Below are positions 48,086 to 58,169 of a stretch of DNA of 64,000 nt, piece by piece; position 1 is the stretch's first letter; every line of letters begins with the position of its first letter. The notes below the pieces were generated by a model. The model was not told the origin of the DNA. It did no database searches and saw nothing but the letters and a program-made list of their open reading frames with translations. Source of the stretch: a virus; IMG/VR virus record IMGVR_UViG_3300030099_005838; one strand, written 5' to 3'. A program made the position numbers and the translations under genes.

Positions 48086-49606
48086 ATGGCAATCACACCT
48101 GAAGAATACGAAAAGATGACTGTGCAACAGCAAAAAGCTGTTGATTTACAGAACAAGCTCAATGACAAAACCGAAGAGAATAATAGAAAGTTAGAAGAAC
48201 AAATACGACTTAAAAAAGAAGCTTTGGGTGTCGATGCTAGTACTGCAGATTTAAGTGCAAAAATTAACCAACTTAGCGGAACCTTATTAGGAAAATTATC
48301 TTCAATAACAAGTGAGGGTGCTAGTTTCTCAACAATGTTAGAAACCGCTGCACAAAGCGGCGACAAAGCATTGGTTAGTGCAGGTAACAATTTTGCAGAT
48401 TTGTTACTGAAAATAAATGAAGGTGGTATGAGTGCAAAAGATGTATTCGATGAATTAGAAAACACAGACTTTGGTGACTTTACTAAAAATGTTGAAGATT
48501 TAGCACAGGAACTTTCTAATTTACCCGGAATAGAAAAGGTATTTGAGGTAAAGGCAGAATTGTTTAATAATTTAGATAATGCGTTAGGTGGTACTTTGTC
48601 AACTGTACAATCAATATTGACTGCTGCAGGCCCAATTGCTGCACTATCAATAATCGTAGGACTAATAGTCAAAAAATTTATAGATGTTGCCAAACAAACC
48701 TTAGAGGTTAGAAGAAACTTAGGAGTGTCTGCAGTTGATGCATTAAAGTTATCCGGTAGAATGGAAGCCGCAGCGTTACAAACAAAGTTATTAGGTGGGG
48801 ACTCAGAAAAAGCCAAAGAACTTGTAACCGGATTAGTAACAGAGTTTGGAAATGTTGAGGAGGCATCAGCTTTATCAACTAAAAATATCGCAGACTTAAC
48901 AACCGAACTTGGTATAGGTGGTGGTGAGACAGCTAAACTGTTAAAGGTGTTATCAGACGTATCTGGTGAATCATTGGACACCCTTTCATCAACATTAGAG
49001 TTTGAAGCAAGTCTAGCAAGAGCAGAGGGAATACCTGTTGCAAAGGTTATGGCAGATGTCGCACAAAATGCAGATGCTTTTGCAAGAGCAGGTGCTGATG
49101 GTGCGGATGAGGTATTTAGAGCTGCTAGAGCCGCTGCTGATTTAGGAACTAACTTACAAACAGTTGAAGGCGTTATGGATAACTTGGTTGATATTGAGGG
49201 TTCACTAACAAAAGAGATGGAAGCAGAAGCGTTGATAGGTAGACAATTAAATTTAGATAGGGCAAGACAACTCGCACAGGCAAATGACCAACAAGGAGTT
49301 ATTGACGAAATTATTGCTCAGGTTGGTGGGCCAGAAGCATTCGCTAGATTAGGTAGGATAGAGCAAGGGGCATTAGCAGATGTATTTGGTTTATCAGTTG
49401 GACAGTTAGCACCATTTTTAGGAGCTAATGCCGGTGGGGGTGGTGGAGCTGTTGCGACACCACAGGTTGCAAAAGATTCTCTTACTGCAGCGAATAATAC
49501 TAATGATATACTTAGTAAGGAGCATGGTAAGAACCAAGAAAGACATGAAGAATTATTAGGTGCAGTTCAGGATTTAACCAGAGCTACTAAGAGGGCATAT
49601 GCATAA
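48086..49606 (+). CDS. Tape-measure-like protein
   Basis: A/L/E/G-rich helical composition; EMEAEALIGRQLNLDRARQLA; lies between the tube/chaperone and baseplate genes. Confidence 0.65.
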   Translation: MAITPEEYEKMTVQQQKAVDLQNKLNDKTEENNRKLEEQIRLKKEALGVDASTADLSAKINQLSGTLLGKLSSITSEGASFSTMLETAAQSGDKALVSAGNNFADLLLKINEGGMSAKDVFDELENTDFGDFTKNVEDLAQELSNLPGIEKVFEVKAELFNNLDNALGGTLSTVQSILTAAGPIAALSIIVGLIVKKFIDVAKQTLEVRRNLGVSAVDALKLSGRMEAAALQTKLLGGDSEKAKELVTGLVTEFGNVEEASALSTKNIADLTTELGIGGGETAKLLKVLSDVSGESLDTLSSTLEFEASLARAEGIPVAKVMADVAQNADAFARAGADGADEVFRAARAAADLGTNLQTVEGVMDNLVDIEGSLTKEMEAEALIGRQLNLDRARQLAQANDQQGVIDEIIAQVGGPEAFARLGRIEQGALADVFGLSVGQLAPFLGANAGGGGGAVATPQVAKDSLTAANNTNDILSKEHGKNQERHEELLGAVQDLTRATKRAYA

Positions 49607-52236
49607 TGGCACTAAAGGATATAAGAACAAACTTAGAAAATTATAAGTTCGGTATTTCCGATCCTCAGAGAATTGATGCCCAAATAGAAGGTGGTGTTGA
49701 CTTCTTTGATGATTTAGAGGGTGGGGTAATCAAAGGGTTCACAACTAAAGTCGTTGCAGGTGAACACCAAACAGAATATAGAAAGTTCTATGAGGGAACT
49801 CCAGTAGGCCCCCGTAGTCATAGTGGTACTTACTATGCAGATTTAAATCCTATAGCAAGTAGAGAATCAATCTATAGGGATGAATCAGGTAATTATGTCC
49901 TACCAGATACGGGTGTAAATACAAATCCACCTGGTACAGAGAGTGGTATACTAAAATTCACACCACCACAGACCACTTTGAGCTTAGAAGATGGATTCCC
50001 TAATCCTATTTTGAATTACATCGATAATGCAAGAAAGTTACAAAATAGTCAGACATTATTAGACCCTCTTACTTTTACAACAGAACTTGGGCCATTATAT
50101 ACTAGTGAAATATCTATTGGTAGATCACCACAATTAATCGTACAACCTAGTTTAGCAAGACCTAATTTTACACAACCTGCGGTTAATTGGACATTTTTAA
50201 ATTCACCTAATCAGCAATTTACAGAAACTTTAGATGGTGTGACACATAGTTCTTTGGTTGATACATTGCTTACTTTCGAACCTGAAGGTGATTTGTTTGG
50301 ACAGTTTACAAAAGTACCTTCTGGTTTAAATGAGCAAAATAACTTTGGTATAGATACATTTAGAAATGTTGCAAATACAGGACCTGATGAGGGTAAGAAT
50401 CTACATCCAGTAATACTCAGACCGATAACATCAACATTTAATGAAAATAATGAGTTTACCAATTTGTTTGGTATACAAGAAATAAATAACACTTTTATAA
50501 CAGTATCATTGATAGATAAACAAAGACTACAAAAGGTATATGATAGAGATATTGAACAAGGTGAGATAATTATAGGTAAGCAAAAACAGTTACAGAGATT
50601 TAACACGAATATAAATACCAGAGTTTTACAACCGTTCTCTATTATCGGCATGGCAAACAACTTTGAAGACGCAACAGATATAGAGAAAACACCTTTCTAC
50701 AGTCCGCTAAGATATTCGGATACCGTTACTTTCACAGAAACATTTGAGACTACGGTTAGGGGACCAAGAGATTCATTTCAAGATACTGGAAATAATGAAT
50801 TTGGATTCTCAGAAGAAGAGGAAGAAACCATAACATATGAAGAATTAGTAACCAGAGAATTAAACTTTCCAGATGGTGCAGGGCAAAACTCTTTAGGTAG
50901 ATTATTTAAAAATAGAAGTTTATCAGTCGGTGCAATGATTGATGCCTATCCAAATAGATACAATAATCCAGAGGGTGTAGGAGAACTTAAAAGTTCCGCC
51001 CCAATTACAATTGATAAAGGTATCCCATCCTTTGTTGGTTCATCAACAGAATTAGCACAGAGAGATATAAATAAAGTTAGTAATAAGGTTGGTGGTAACT
51101 TTCACTCACAAACCAATGTATCTAATTTAGAAAGATATGCTACATTATCATACGGTATGTTAAGTAAAAAATTCAGTTATGAAAAAACATTATTCAGCCC
51201 ATCCGAAAAGTTAGAAAATGAAGAGATATATGAAAATACAGAAAAGGGTACGAGTCTAAAAGGTGATGGTAGAACTAATTTACTAGAAGTACAAAGATTC
51301 GCAGATAAGGGAGAAATAGCCGATAAGATTGGAAATCAAGGTAGTTTAAGAAAAGATATGACGCGAAAAGATTTGACATTAGGTTTTATCAAAGGTAGAA
51401 ATGATGGCGGTGATTCATTAAGTGATACAATAAATATGATAACCCCATTCAATACCGAACCATCCGATGTTAAAGGTGAAGAAGTTGATACCTTTGGAAT
51501 ATCAGGAGGTGAAGTTAAAGACTTTATTAAGTTTAGATTCTTCGATGTGATTGGACAAAGATACATTATACTTAGAGCAATACTTAGTGGTATCTCAGAT
51601 TCTATAACTACAGAATATGGTGAAGAAAAGTATATGGGTAGACCTGATAAACTGTATGTCTATAAGGGTGCTGATAGGGATGTTTCATTTACATTTAAAC
51701 TATACCCAAAGACTAAACAAGAACTACCTGTTCTGATAGAAAAGCTTGATTATGTCGTTGGTTTATGTTATCCAACATATACAACAAATAATCGCATGAG
51801 AACTCCTTTTATGGAATTAACAATTGGAGATATGTTTGTAGATGCACCTGGCATACTAAGAAGTGTTAATGTTACTGTTGAAGATAACACAACTTGGGAA
51901 ATAGACGCCGGATTACAATTTCCAAAACATATAAGTGTAGCATGTCAGTTTAGATACATTGGTTCAGGTGACCTAATAACAGCAAGAGCAAACTCAGATG
52001 GAGCATTACCGGTTCACTATGGTGGTATCAGAAGAACTCCTAATAGTTTAACAAAATTCTATCAAGGAAACGGCGTAGAAGAAAACCAACAAAGTGCATT
52101 AGGTAGGGCAGTAGATGCCTACTTAGGTGATACTGGTTTTGTAAATATAATAACTGAATTTGCAGATGATCCCGTAGACTTTTTTGAGGATGCATTAGAA
52201 AGTCTTGGTAGCACATTTAAAGGGTGGTTATCATGA
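49606..52236 (+). CDS. Baseplate protein with a C-terminal tube-initiator-like (gp48/gp54-type) domain
   Basis: DFIKFRF..LRAILSGISDS..KYMGRPDKLYVYKGADRDVSFTFKLYP..PFMELTIGDMF..PGIL.SV..TVEDNTTWEI. Confidence 0.65.
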   Translation: MALKDIRTNLENYKFGISDPQRIDAQIEGGVDFFDDLEGGVIKGFTTKVVAGEHQTEYRKFYEGTPVGPRSHSGTYYADLNPIASRESIYRDESGNYVLPDTGVNTNPPGTESGILKFTPPQTTLSLEDGFPNPILNYIDNARKLQNSQTLLDPLTFTTELGPLYTSEISIGRSPQLIVQPSLARPNFTQPAVNWTFLNSPNQQFTETLDGVTHSSLVDTLLTFEPEGDLFGQFTKVPSGLNEQNNFGIDTFRNVANTGPDEGKNLHPVILRPITSTFNENNEFTNLFGIQEINNTFITVSLIDKQRLQKVYDRDIEQGEIIIGKQKQLQRFNTNINTRVLQPFSIIGMANNFEDATDIEKTPFYSPLRYSDTVTFTETFETTVRGPRDSFQDTGNNEFGFSEEEEETITYEELVTRELNFPDGAGQNSLGRLFKNRSLSVGAMIDAYPNRYNNPEGVGELKSSAPITIDKGIPSFVGSSTELAQRDINKVSNKVGGNFHSQTNVSNLERYATLSYGMLSKKFSYEKTLFSPSEKLENEEIYENTEKGTSLKGDGRTNLLEVQRFADKGEIADKIGNQGSLRKDMTRKDLTLGFIKGRNDGGDSLSDTINMITPFNTEPSDVKGEEVDTFGISGGEVKDFIKFRFFDVIGQRYIILRAILSGISDSITTEYGEEKYMGRPDKLYVYKGADRDVSFTFKLYPKTKQELPVLIEKLDYVVGLCYPTYTTNNRMRTPFMELTIGDMFVDAPGILRSVNVTVEDNTTWEIDAGLQFPKHISVACQFRYIGSGDLITARANSDGALPVHYGGIRRTPNSLTKFYQGNGVEENQQSALGRAVDAYLGDTGFVNIITEFADDPVDFFEDALESLGSTFKGWLS

Positions 52237-52523
52237 GATATAAAACTTCTAGAATATTAAAAGATGGTGAGGGAAACAGATATTACAGGCCAACTATAAT
52301 TCCAAACATCCCATTGAGTGACTCTGATGTATTTATTAATCCAAGATCAGGTGAACGGTTAGATTCTTTGGCACAAAGGTTTTACGGAGACTCAACACTA
52401 TGGTGGATAATTGCAAAAGCAAATGAATTAACGAATGGGGTTATTGGTTTGAATCCAGAAGAAAAGCTTAGAATACCTACAAAGATACAACCTATTTTGG
52501 AGAGTCTAAGAAGGAGCTCATAA
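52233..52523 (+). CDS. LysM-type baseplate protein (gp53-like / tail protein X)
   Basis: GERLDSLAQRFYGDSTLWWIIAKAN..LRIP; likely start is the ATG at 52233. Confidence 0.85.
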   Translation: MRYKTSRILKDGEGNRYYRPTIIPNIPLSDSDVFINPRSGERLDSLAQRFYGDSTLWWIIAKANELTNGVIGLNPEEKLRIPTKIQPILESLRRSS

Positions 52524-52524
52524 A

Positions 52525-55500
52525 ATGTCTACTTTCGAAAGAAATATTCATCCTAACATTCAGACAGAATTAAATAATAGAGAAATACTATCAGAGGGTA
52601 GGCCACGCCGCGAAGCCGGTGATACGGGAGCTACAGGTAATATATCATTTGCGGATATGGCATCGAGAACCACATACTCCATTATGGTAACAAACTATGG
52701 ACATTCAAGTCAAAACATAAATAAAGGTATCGCAGGTGGTGAATTTTTTGAGAATAAAAATGAAGACGGGAGTGCTGGAGAACTATTTGAAACATTGAAT
52801 GGTTTTAGATTTCCAGAAGGCGATGGTACATATAGAAATACCATTGCAGGTGGTGGTGTAGGAATAAGACCTATATGTGGTATAAAATCAATTGTTATGG
52901 AATTCCTAAATGCAAATGGGGTTAGGAAGGCTACGGTTAATTGGAGTGCACCATCGATTGATTCTCTTGAAGAATTCAAAGATTTCCTCAGAGTAGGTAC
53001 TGCGGTTGCATTACAATTTGGTTGGGTGTGGCCAACGCGAAACGACCTCACAGTAGACAATAAAACCTTTATAATAGTAAATAAAGAAACTAATCGAATA
53101 GAGGTTGACCAAACAATATTAACAAATCCTTATGCTGGTATAATCGAATCTAAAGGTAATATGGATGCATTAGGTGGTTTCGTTTCAAACTTTAGTTCTA
53201 AGCTTAGGGATGATGGTGGATTTGATTGTGAAACAATCATAACAGGTTTTGGTATTTCATTTTTACAAGATGTTGGTGCGATGGAGAGTGGTGCAGAAAT
53301 CACACTAAGACTTCAAGATGAAGTAAGAAATGCGTTACAAGATTACGAAGGTAATTATTCAGATGTGGTGAACACATTAGGTAATTCACTAAGAGATGCG
53401 GGTATATTTTCTGAAGACGATGAGAACTCTTTGGTTGAGGCCATAGCGTATAATGATTTATTTCATGCTGTATTGAATTTAGACTCGATATGTAAGGAAC
53501 TGATGGGTATAGAGTCGGAAAAACAAGAACAGGAAGATATCAATTTTGTTGACGATTTAGCATCACGTTTCGAGAGAGGTGAAATTACACAAGAAGAATT
53601 TGAACAAGGTTTAGATAATGATGGTAATGATGATTTGACTGCACAGTCTGGTGGAGGTGTAGAAAGAACGGATAGTGGATACGGAGATGCGATAGAAGGG
53701 ATGTTTAAGATAGACTCTACAGCTGCAAATATGTTTAGTATATCCAAAGAAGTCAAAATTACTCCTCACAATCAAAGATGGAATAAGAATTACAAATATA
53801 AAGAAGGTGACATAATCACCGACTCTGATGTTTATGTCAGATGGGGTTGGTTAGAAGATAACGTCTTTTCTAAGTACTTAGCTATAGTTGACGATAGTAA
53901 TGATGTTCTTTTGGATTTCAGAAGTATTCAGGATTTTAAAAATCCGATAATATCAAACTACGTTTCATATAATCAAGAAATGAAACCAAAGGATTTTTCG
54001 AAGGTATTTTGGGCATCTTCTAATTGGAGCTTCAATGCGGCCGACTTTGACGATGAGGTAAATCAGAAGCCTGAAAAGGAAACGAAACTCATGGGAATTC
54101 TAAAATATAACTATAGAACCGGAGAAGTTTTCACAATAGGTAGAATGATAGATTTAGCAAACAAATTAAATCAGAAATTGAGTTCTTTCAGAGAGTTTCA
54201 GGATAATCAGAATCCAAATTTTGGTAGAATTAGAAATATGTTTGTAAATGTTAGTGCTGTTCAAGAAGCATTTGGATTCGACACAACTACTAGAAATAAT
54301 TTAGATAGTCAAGGTTTTTTGAAGGAAAAACCTGTACCACAAAGTTTGAAATCAGCAGTCGATAAATTGATTGGATATTTACAAGACTCATTATACGGTG
54401 TTCCTGACTTGATGTTGGAATCCGAAGCGGCAAGATACTCGATAGTAGATAAATCCATTGAAGCATCAGGAAATACAAAAGCTTACACCACAAAAACTAG
54501 TGCTGGACAAATTATAAAAAACGGATTATTTAGATTCGAAAGTTTTTCAAAAAACAGTATCGTTAAAAATCAAAACTTAGAGTTCAACATACCCGATAAA
54601 TTGGGTAGTGCAGCTTTCTTAAATGCAGGTGGTAGTCTTAGTACTAAAGGTAATACTGAGGAAGAAAAATTTATGAAAATTACCAAAGCGGATGGATTTC
54701 CTGCAAATTCATTCTTACCAAATCCAATCAAAAACCCGAAATCAGGTGTAGATAAAGCAAATCCTAATAGAACTTTGAAGAATCAAGATAATGACAAATT
54801 TGTTTACTATGGCGGATTAGTTGAACTAAAAGATTGGAAAAAAATTCCTTTGAAAAGTTCCCATGATAAAAATATTTCCTCTAAAGAATTTATAGGGCCG
54901 GCGGTTCCAAAAGAGGGTATGTATATAGATGCAATAACCGATGAGATAATTAGCATTACTAAAAATGAAGATGGCTCACATTCATCAGCTATAGTTGATG
55001 AAGCTGCGATGTATCTTATCGATCAAAGTAGGGAGAATAACTGGTTAGAATGTATAAAATTAGATTCTAAATACGAACCTTTATTAAAAAAGATTTTCAC
55101 CCAAACAGGAGTATCTGCAACACAGAGTGTTCGCGATCCGATAAATGAGTGGGCTAATCTAAGTTTGGAGATAGATGGTATAGGAGGATTGAGACCAAGA
55201 ACAATGTTAAACGTCAGTTACTTACCTCGTAAATATAATCTAGAAATATTTACAGAGGATGAGGTAAGTTTGGGTCCATGCTTCTATTTTAATATAACCA
55301 GCCTTACACAGAAAATAGATGATTCCGGTTGGACTACAAGTTTCGATACTATTATGAGAATAAATGATGTAGCATTTGATTACGCAGCAGAATCGGGAGT
55401 GTTTAACACCACTAATGCGATAGACTCTCTTTCAAGACAGTTTAAAGGTGCAAAACCTGAGTCACTTGTGGATAAGTTAAAAAAGATATTAGAACCTCTG

Positions 55501-56532
55501 GCAAAAGCTAAACAGAAGTTTGATAAATTTATGGCAGATGCAGAAGAATACCAGTTAGATTTACAGAATGCATCATCTAATCTTGACTCAAATAGAGCCG
55601 CTCCATACACCGAAGCATATCAAAGGTATAAAGGCAAAAAGGATATAGAGGAGATTGGAGACTTTGCCGATTCTGAATTGGATAATATGTTAATAGGTTT
55701 GGATGAGCTTGAGTTATTCGATGTTGACGAGTCAGGTGATGTAGTTGGATTTGAAACAGAGGTATATGAAGATGAAGATAAAGAAAAGTTTGCAGGGGTG
55801 AGAGGATTGATGCAATTTTTCAGAGAGGGTGCTCAGGCTTTAGGAACTGCAGGACAGGTAGCAACAATCCCACTTAGTGTTCTTTATGATAGCGTCAAAG
55901 ATGGACTTTTTGTAGAAGATCCAAATGCAAAAAAAGTTGAAAATTTAGCTGACGGAGACTCCTCAACACAAAGTGCTGGTAATAAAGAAATAGATATACC
56001 CACTGCAGAAAATATACAACAACAGAATGATAGACTTTCTACCTTTTCACAGATAAGAAATTTGATAAAACAACAAGCTACTAATGTAGCAAATGTTGCA
56101 AACAATGTTGGACAACAACTACAAACTGAAGTAGGATTATTAGCAGGTAGTGGAAATACTCCACAAAGACAATTAGAAACTATCAAAATTAGAGCTGATA
56201 AGGTATTAGATAGATTGGGATTATCAAGATTACCAGACGGTAGTGTGCAAGAATTATTAAAAGATGTGGATGTATTTGTTTCTACCGGTGAAGTAAAAAC
56301 GAGTTTAGCCACTGGAAAATTTGCTAGAGTTTATAGTGGTAGAGGTACAGCTAACACTTTTAATTTTGAAAATGAAGATGTTCCTATATCATTTTCCTTA
56401 GAAGAAGTCGAGGGAACTCCATTTAATTCAGAACAGGAAGCATTAAATTCTATATCTGACGAGAGTAGTATTTTCGTAGAAATAGTTAAGAACAATTTGA
56501 TTATAGAAGCAGAGGGCTTCTATAATACATAA
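52525..56532 (+). CDS. Large baseplate hub-like protein
   Basis: Follows the LysM gene; GIKSI..RKATVNW..LRVGTAVALQFGW; hub-type LSLEIDGIGGL..YLP..FNITSLTQKIDDSGWTT segment, then an acidic extension. Confidence 0.55.
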   Translation: MSTFERNIHPNIQTELNNREILSEGRPRREAGDTGATGNISFADMASRTTYSIMVTNYGHSSQNINKGIAGGEFFENKNEDGSAGELFETLNGFRFPEGDGTYRNTIAGGGVGIRPICGIKSIVMEFLNANGVRKATVNWSAPSIDSLEEFKDFLRVGTAVALQFGWVWPTRNDLTVDNKTFIIVNKETNRIEVDQTILTNPYAGIIESKGNMDALGGFVSNFSSKLRDDGGFDCETIITGFGISFLQDVGAMESGAEITLRLQDEVRNALQDYEGNYSDVVNTLGNSLRDAGIFSEDDENSLVEAIAYNDLFHAVLNLDSICKELMGIESEKQEQEDINFVDDLASRFERGEITQEEFEQGLDNDGNDDLTAQSGGGVERTDSGYGDAIEGMFKIDSTAANMFSISKEVKITPHNQRWNKNYKYKEGDIITDSDVYVRWGWLEDNVFSKYLAIVDDSNDVLLDFRSIQDFKNPIISNYVSYNQEMKPKDFSKVFWASSNWSFNAADFDDEVNQKPEKETKLMGILKYNYRTGEVFTIGRMIDLANKLNQKLSSFREFQDNQNPNFGRIRNMFVNVSAVQEAFGFDTTTRNNLDSQGFLKEKPVPQSLKSAVDKLIGYLQDSLYGVPDLMLESEAARYSIVDKSIEASGNTKAYTTKTSAGQIIKNGLFRFESFSKNSIVKNQNLEFNIPDKLGSAAFLNAGGSLSTKGNTEEEKFMKITKADGFPANSFLPNPIKNPKSGVDKANPNRTLKNQDNDKFVYYGGLVELKDWKKIPLKSSHDKNISSKEFIGPAVPKEGMYIDAITDEIISITKNEDGSHSSAIVDEAAMYLIDQSRENNWLECIKLDSKYEPLLKKIFTQTGVSATQSVRDPINEWANLSLEIDGIGGLRPRTMLNVSYLPRKYNLEIFTEDEVSLGPCFYFNITSLTQKIDDSGWTTSFDTIMRINDVAFDYAAESGVFNTTNAIDSLSRQFKGAKPESLVDKLKKILEPLAKAKQKFDKFMADAEEYQLDLQNASSNLDSNRAAPYTEAYQRYKGKKDIEEIGDFADSELDNMLIGLDELELFDVDESGDVVGFETEVYEDEDKEKFAGVRGLMQFFREGAQALGTAGQVATIPLSVLYDSVKDGLFVEDPNAKKVENLADGDSSTQSAGNKEIDIPTAENIQQQNDRLSTFSQIRNLIKQQATNVANVANNVGQQLQTEVGLLAGSGNTPQRQLETIKIRADKVLDRLGLSRLPDGSVQELLKDVDVFVSTGEVKTSLATGKFARVYSGRGTANTFNFENEDVPISFSLEEVEGTPFNSEQEALNSISDESSIFVEIVKNNLIIEAEGFYNT

Positions 56533-56540
56533 GGGATGTA

Positions 56541-57422
56541 ATGGCACAGACAACAACAGATAATAGTTCAGAAGTAACCACAGTTAACACAACTGTGGAA
56601 CTAAATAGGCAAAAGATTTTTAAGATAAATGAGTCTAAGAAATCAGATACTGCGATTGTCGATTCGTTGATTAAAAGTATCAATAATAAAACCGATAGAG
56701 TTGAAACTGGTTTTTTTGCCGAGCAAAATGAATTTGTGTATAGAAAGGGAAGAAGACCGGTTAAGAAAGGAACACCTTATCATATACATTACACCACAGA
56801 TTTAAAGATATATTATATGACAAGACTTCAACATTCACAAATACTTTCGGAGTTGATTACGAGAGTTTCCAATCTCAGTACCACAGAAATTTATAATAGA
56901 TTAAATCCGCAACAATCTATGATTTTAAAACCCACAATTGTCATACCAGATATAGAGGATTATAAGAAAGAATATATAAAAAGGTACTTTGCTAAAAAAA
57001 CAAATGAAAAGTCAAATATATTTGAAATATCCGAAAAAGACTTTCAAAGGTCTCCACTTTACGATTACGCGGAATTGAACTGGTTTATAAAAGGAGATAG
57101 ACAGCTAGTAAAAGAAACAAATATAATTTCTATCAATATGGCTATTGGAGAATATAACTTTCCTGGTTTGAAAAAAGTCATACCTGAATTTCAGTATTAT
57201 AGAGAACAGGAGGGTTTGAATAAAAAAGAAAATATTGAGAGAAAACTTCAACCTATGATGGGGCAAAATACAACATCAACCACACAGAGTCAAACTGGCC
57301 AACAACAACAACAAAGTAATCTACCATCACCACCATCAGGCTATGGAGCCGGTACACAAGCACCTCCAACTACAGGTGGCTCAGCAGGTACAGGCGGTGG
57401 TGGCGGAGGCGGCTCATATTAA
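56541..57422 (+). CDS. Hypothetical protein with a low-complexity Q/P/G C-terminal tail
   Basis: 293 aa; YHIHY, IKRYFAKKTN; ends QQQQQSNLPSPPSGYG...GGGGGGGSY. Confidence 0.55.
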   Translation: MAQTTTDNSSEVTTVNTTVELNRQKIFKINESKKSDTAIVDSLIKSINNKTDRVETGFFAEQNEFVYRKGRRPVKKGTPYHIHYTTDLKIYYMTRLQHSQILSELITRVSNLSTTEIYNRLNPQQSMILKPTIVIPDIEDYKKEYIKRYFAKKTNEKSNIFEISEKDFQRSPLYDYAELNWFIKGDRQLVKETNIISINMAIGEYNFPGLKKVIPEFQYYREQEGLNKKENIERKLQPMMGQNTTSTTQSQTGQQQQQSNLPSPPSGYGAGTQAPPTTGGSAGTGGGGGGGSY

Positions 57423-57476
57423 ATTTGTATTTGAGTTTTTAACGTAATATTTATAATAAAATCAAAGGTTATATAA

Positions 57477-58169
57477 ATGAAAAGTCAAGTCTTAGACAAA
57501 GGCTTTATTGAAGTTGTTGATTCATTAGGAGATGATTTAACAGTTGTCAATTCAGCCCGAGTATCATTCGGTAAAAGAAAAACAAAGTTCGATAAATCAG
57601 ATGAAAGATTAGTTCGTTATCTAGCAAAACATAAACACTATTCTCCATTCAGACATCTACAGGTTCAGTTCCATATAAAAGCACCTGAGTTTGTGATGAG
57701 ACAATGGTATAAGCATGTCGTTGGCATCGAAACATCATCATCTAGTTCTACGAAAGACCATGCATGGAATGAGATAAGTGGTAGGTATGTACCTGTTGAG
57801 GACTTCTATGTACCAGAAGTTTACAGAGCACAATCTGAAGATAATAAACAAGCATCAGAGGGTGAGGTGGAGAATCAATCAGATGCTCAGAAACTATGGA
57901 TGGATGCACATTGGTATGTCGTTGGCTTCTACAATGATTTATTAGAGATGGGTATGGCAAAGGAACAGGCCAGAGCTATTCTACCTTTATCACAATACAC
58001 AGAAGTTTATTGGACAGCATCATTTCAGGCGGTTATGAATTTCATAGAGTTACGAAATGAAAAAACCTCACAATGGGAAATACAAGAATATGCAAAAGTA
58101 TTGTTAGAACAAATGAAAGAAGTGTTTCCAAAAACAACTGAACTATGGAGTGAAGCCCACAATTGGTAA
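57477..58169 (+). CDS. thyX: Flavin-dependent thymidylate synthase ThyX
   Basis: GDDLTVVNSARVSFG, HYSPFRH, APEFVMRQWYKH, WNEISGRY, KEQARAILP, LRN..SQWEIQEYA. Confidence 0.92.
   Translation: MKSQVLDKGFIEVVDSLGDDLTVVNSARVSFGKRKTKFDKSDERLVRYLAKHKHYSPFRHLQVQFHIKAPEFVMRQWYKHVVGIETSSSSSTKDHAWNEISGRYVPVEDFYVPEVYRAQSEDNKQASEGEVENQSDAQKLWMDAHWYVVGFYNDLLEMGMAKEQARAILPLSQYTEVYWTASFQAVMNFIELRNEKTSQWEIQEYAKVLLEQMKEVFPKTTELWSEAHNW

Noticed and set aside
48073-48981. 302-aa minus-strand ORF, and the other minus-strand ORFs in the track
   Set aside because: All lie opposite well-supported + strand genes, lack SD or recognisable motifs, and have shadow-like composition
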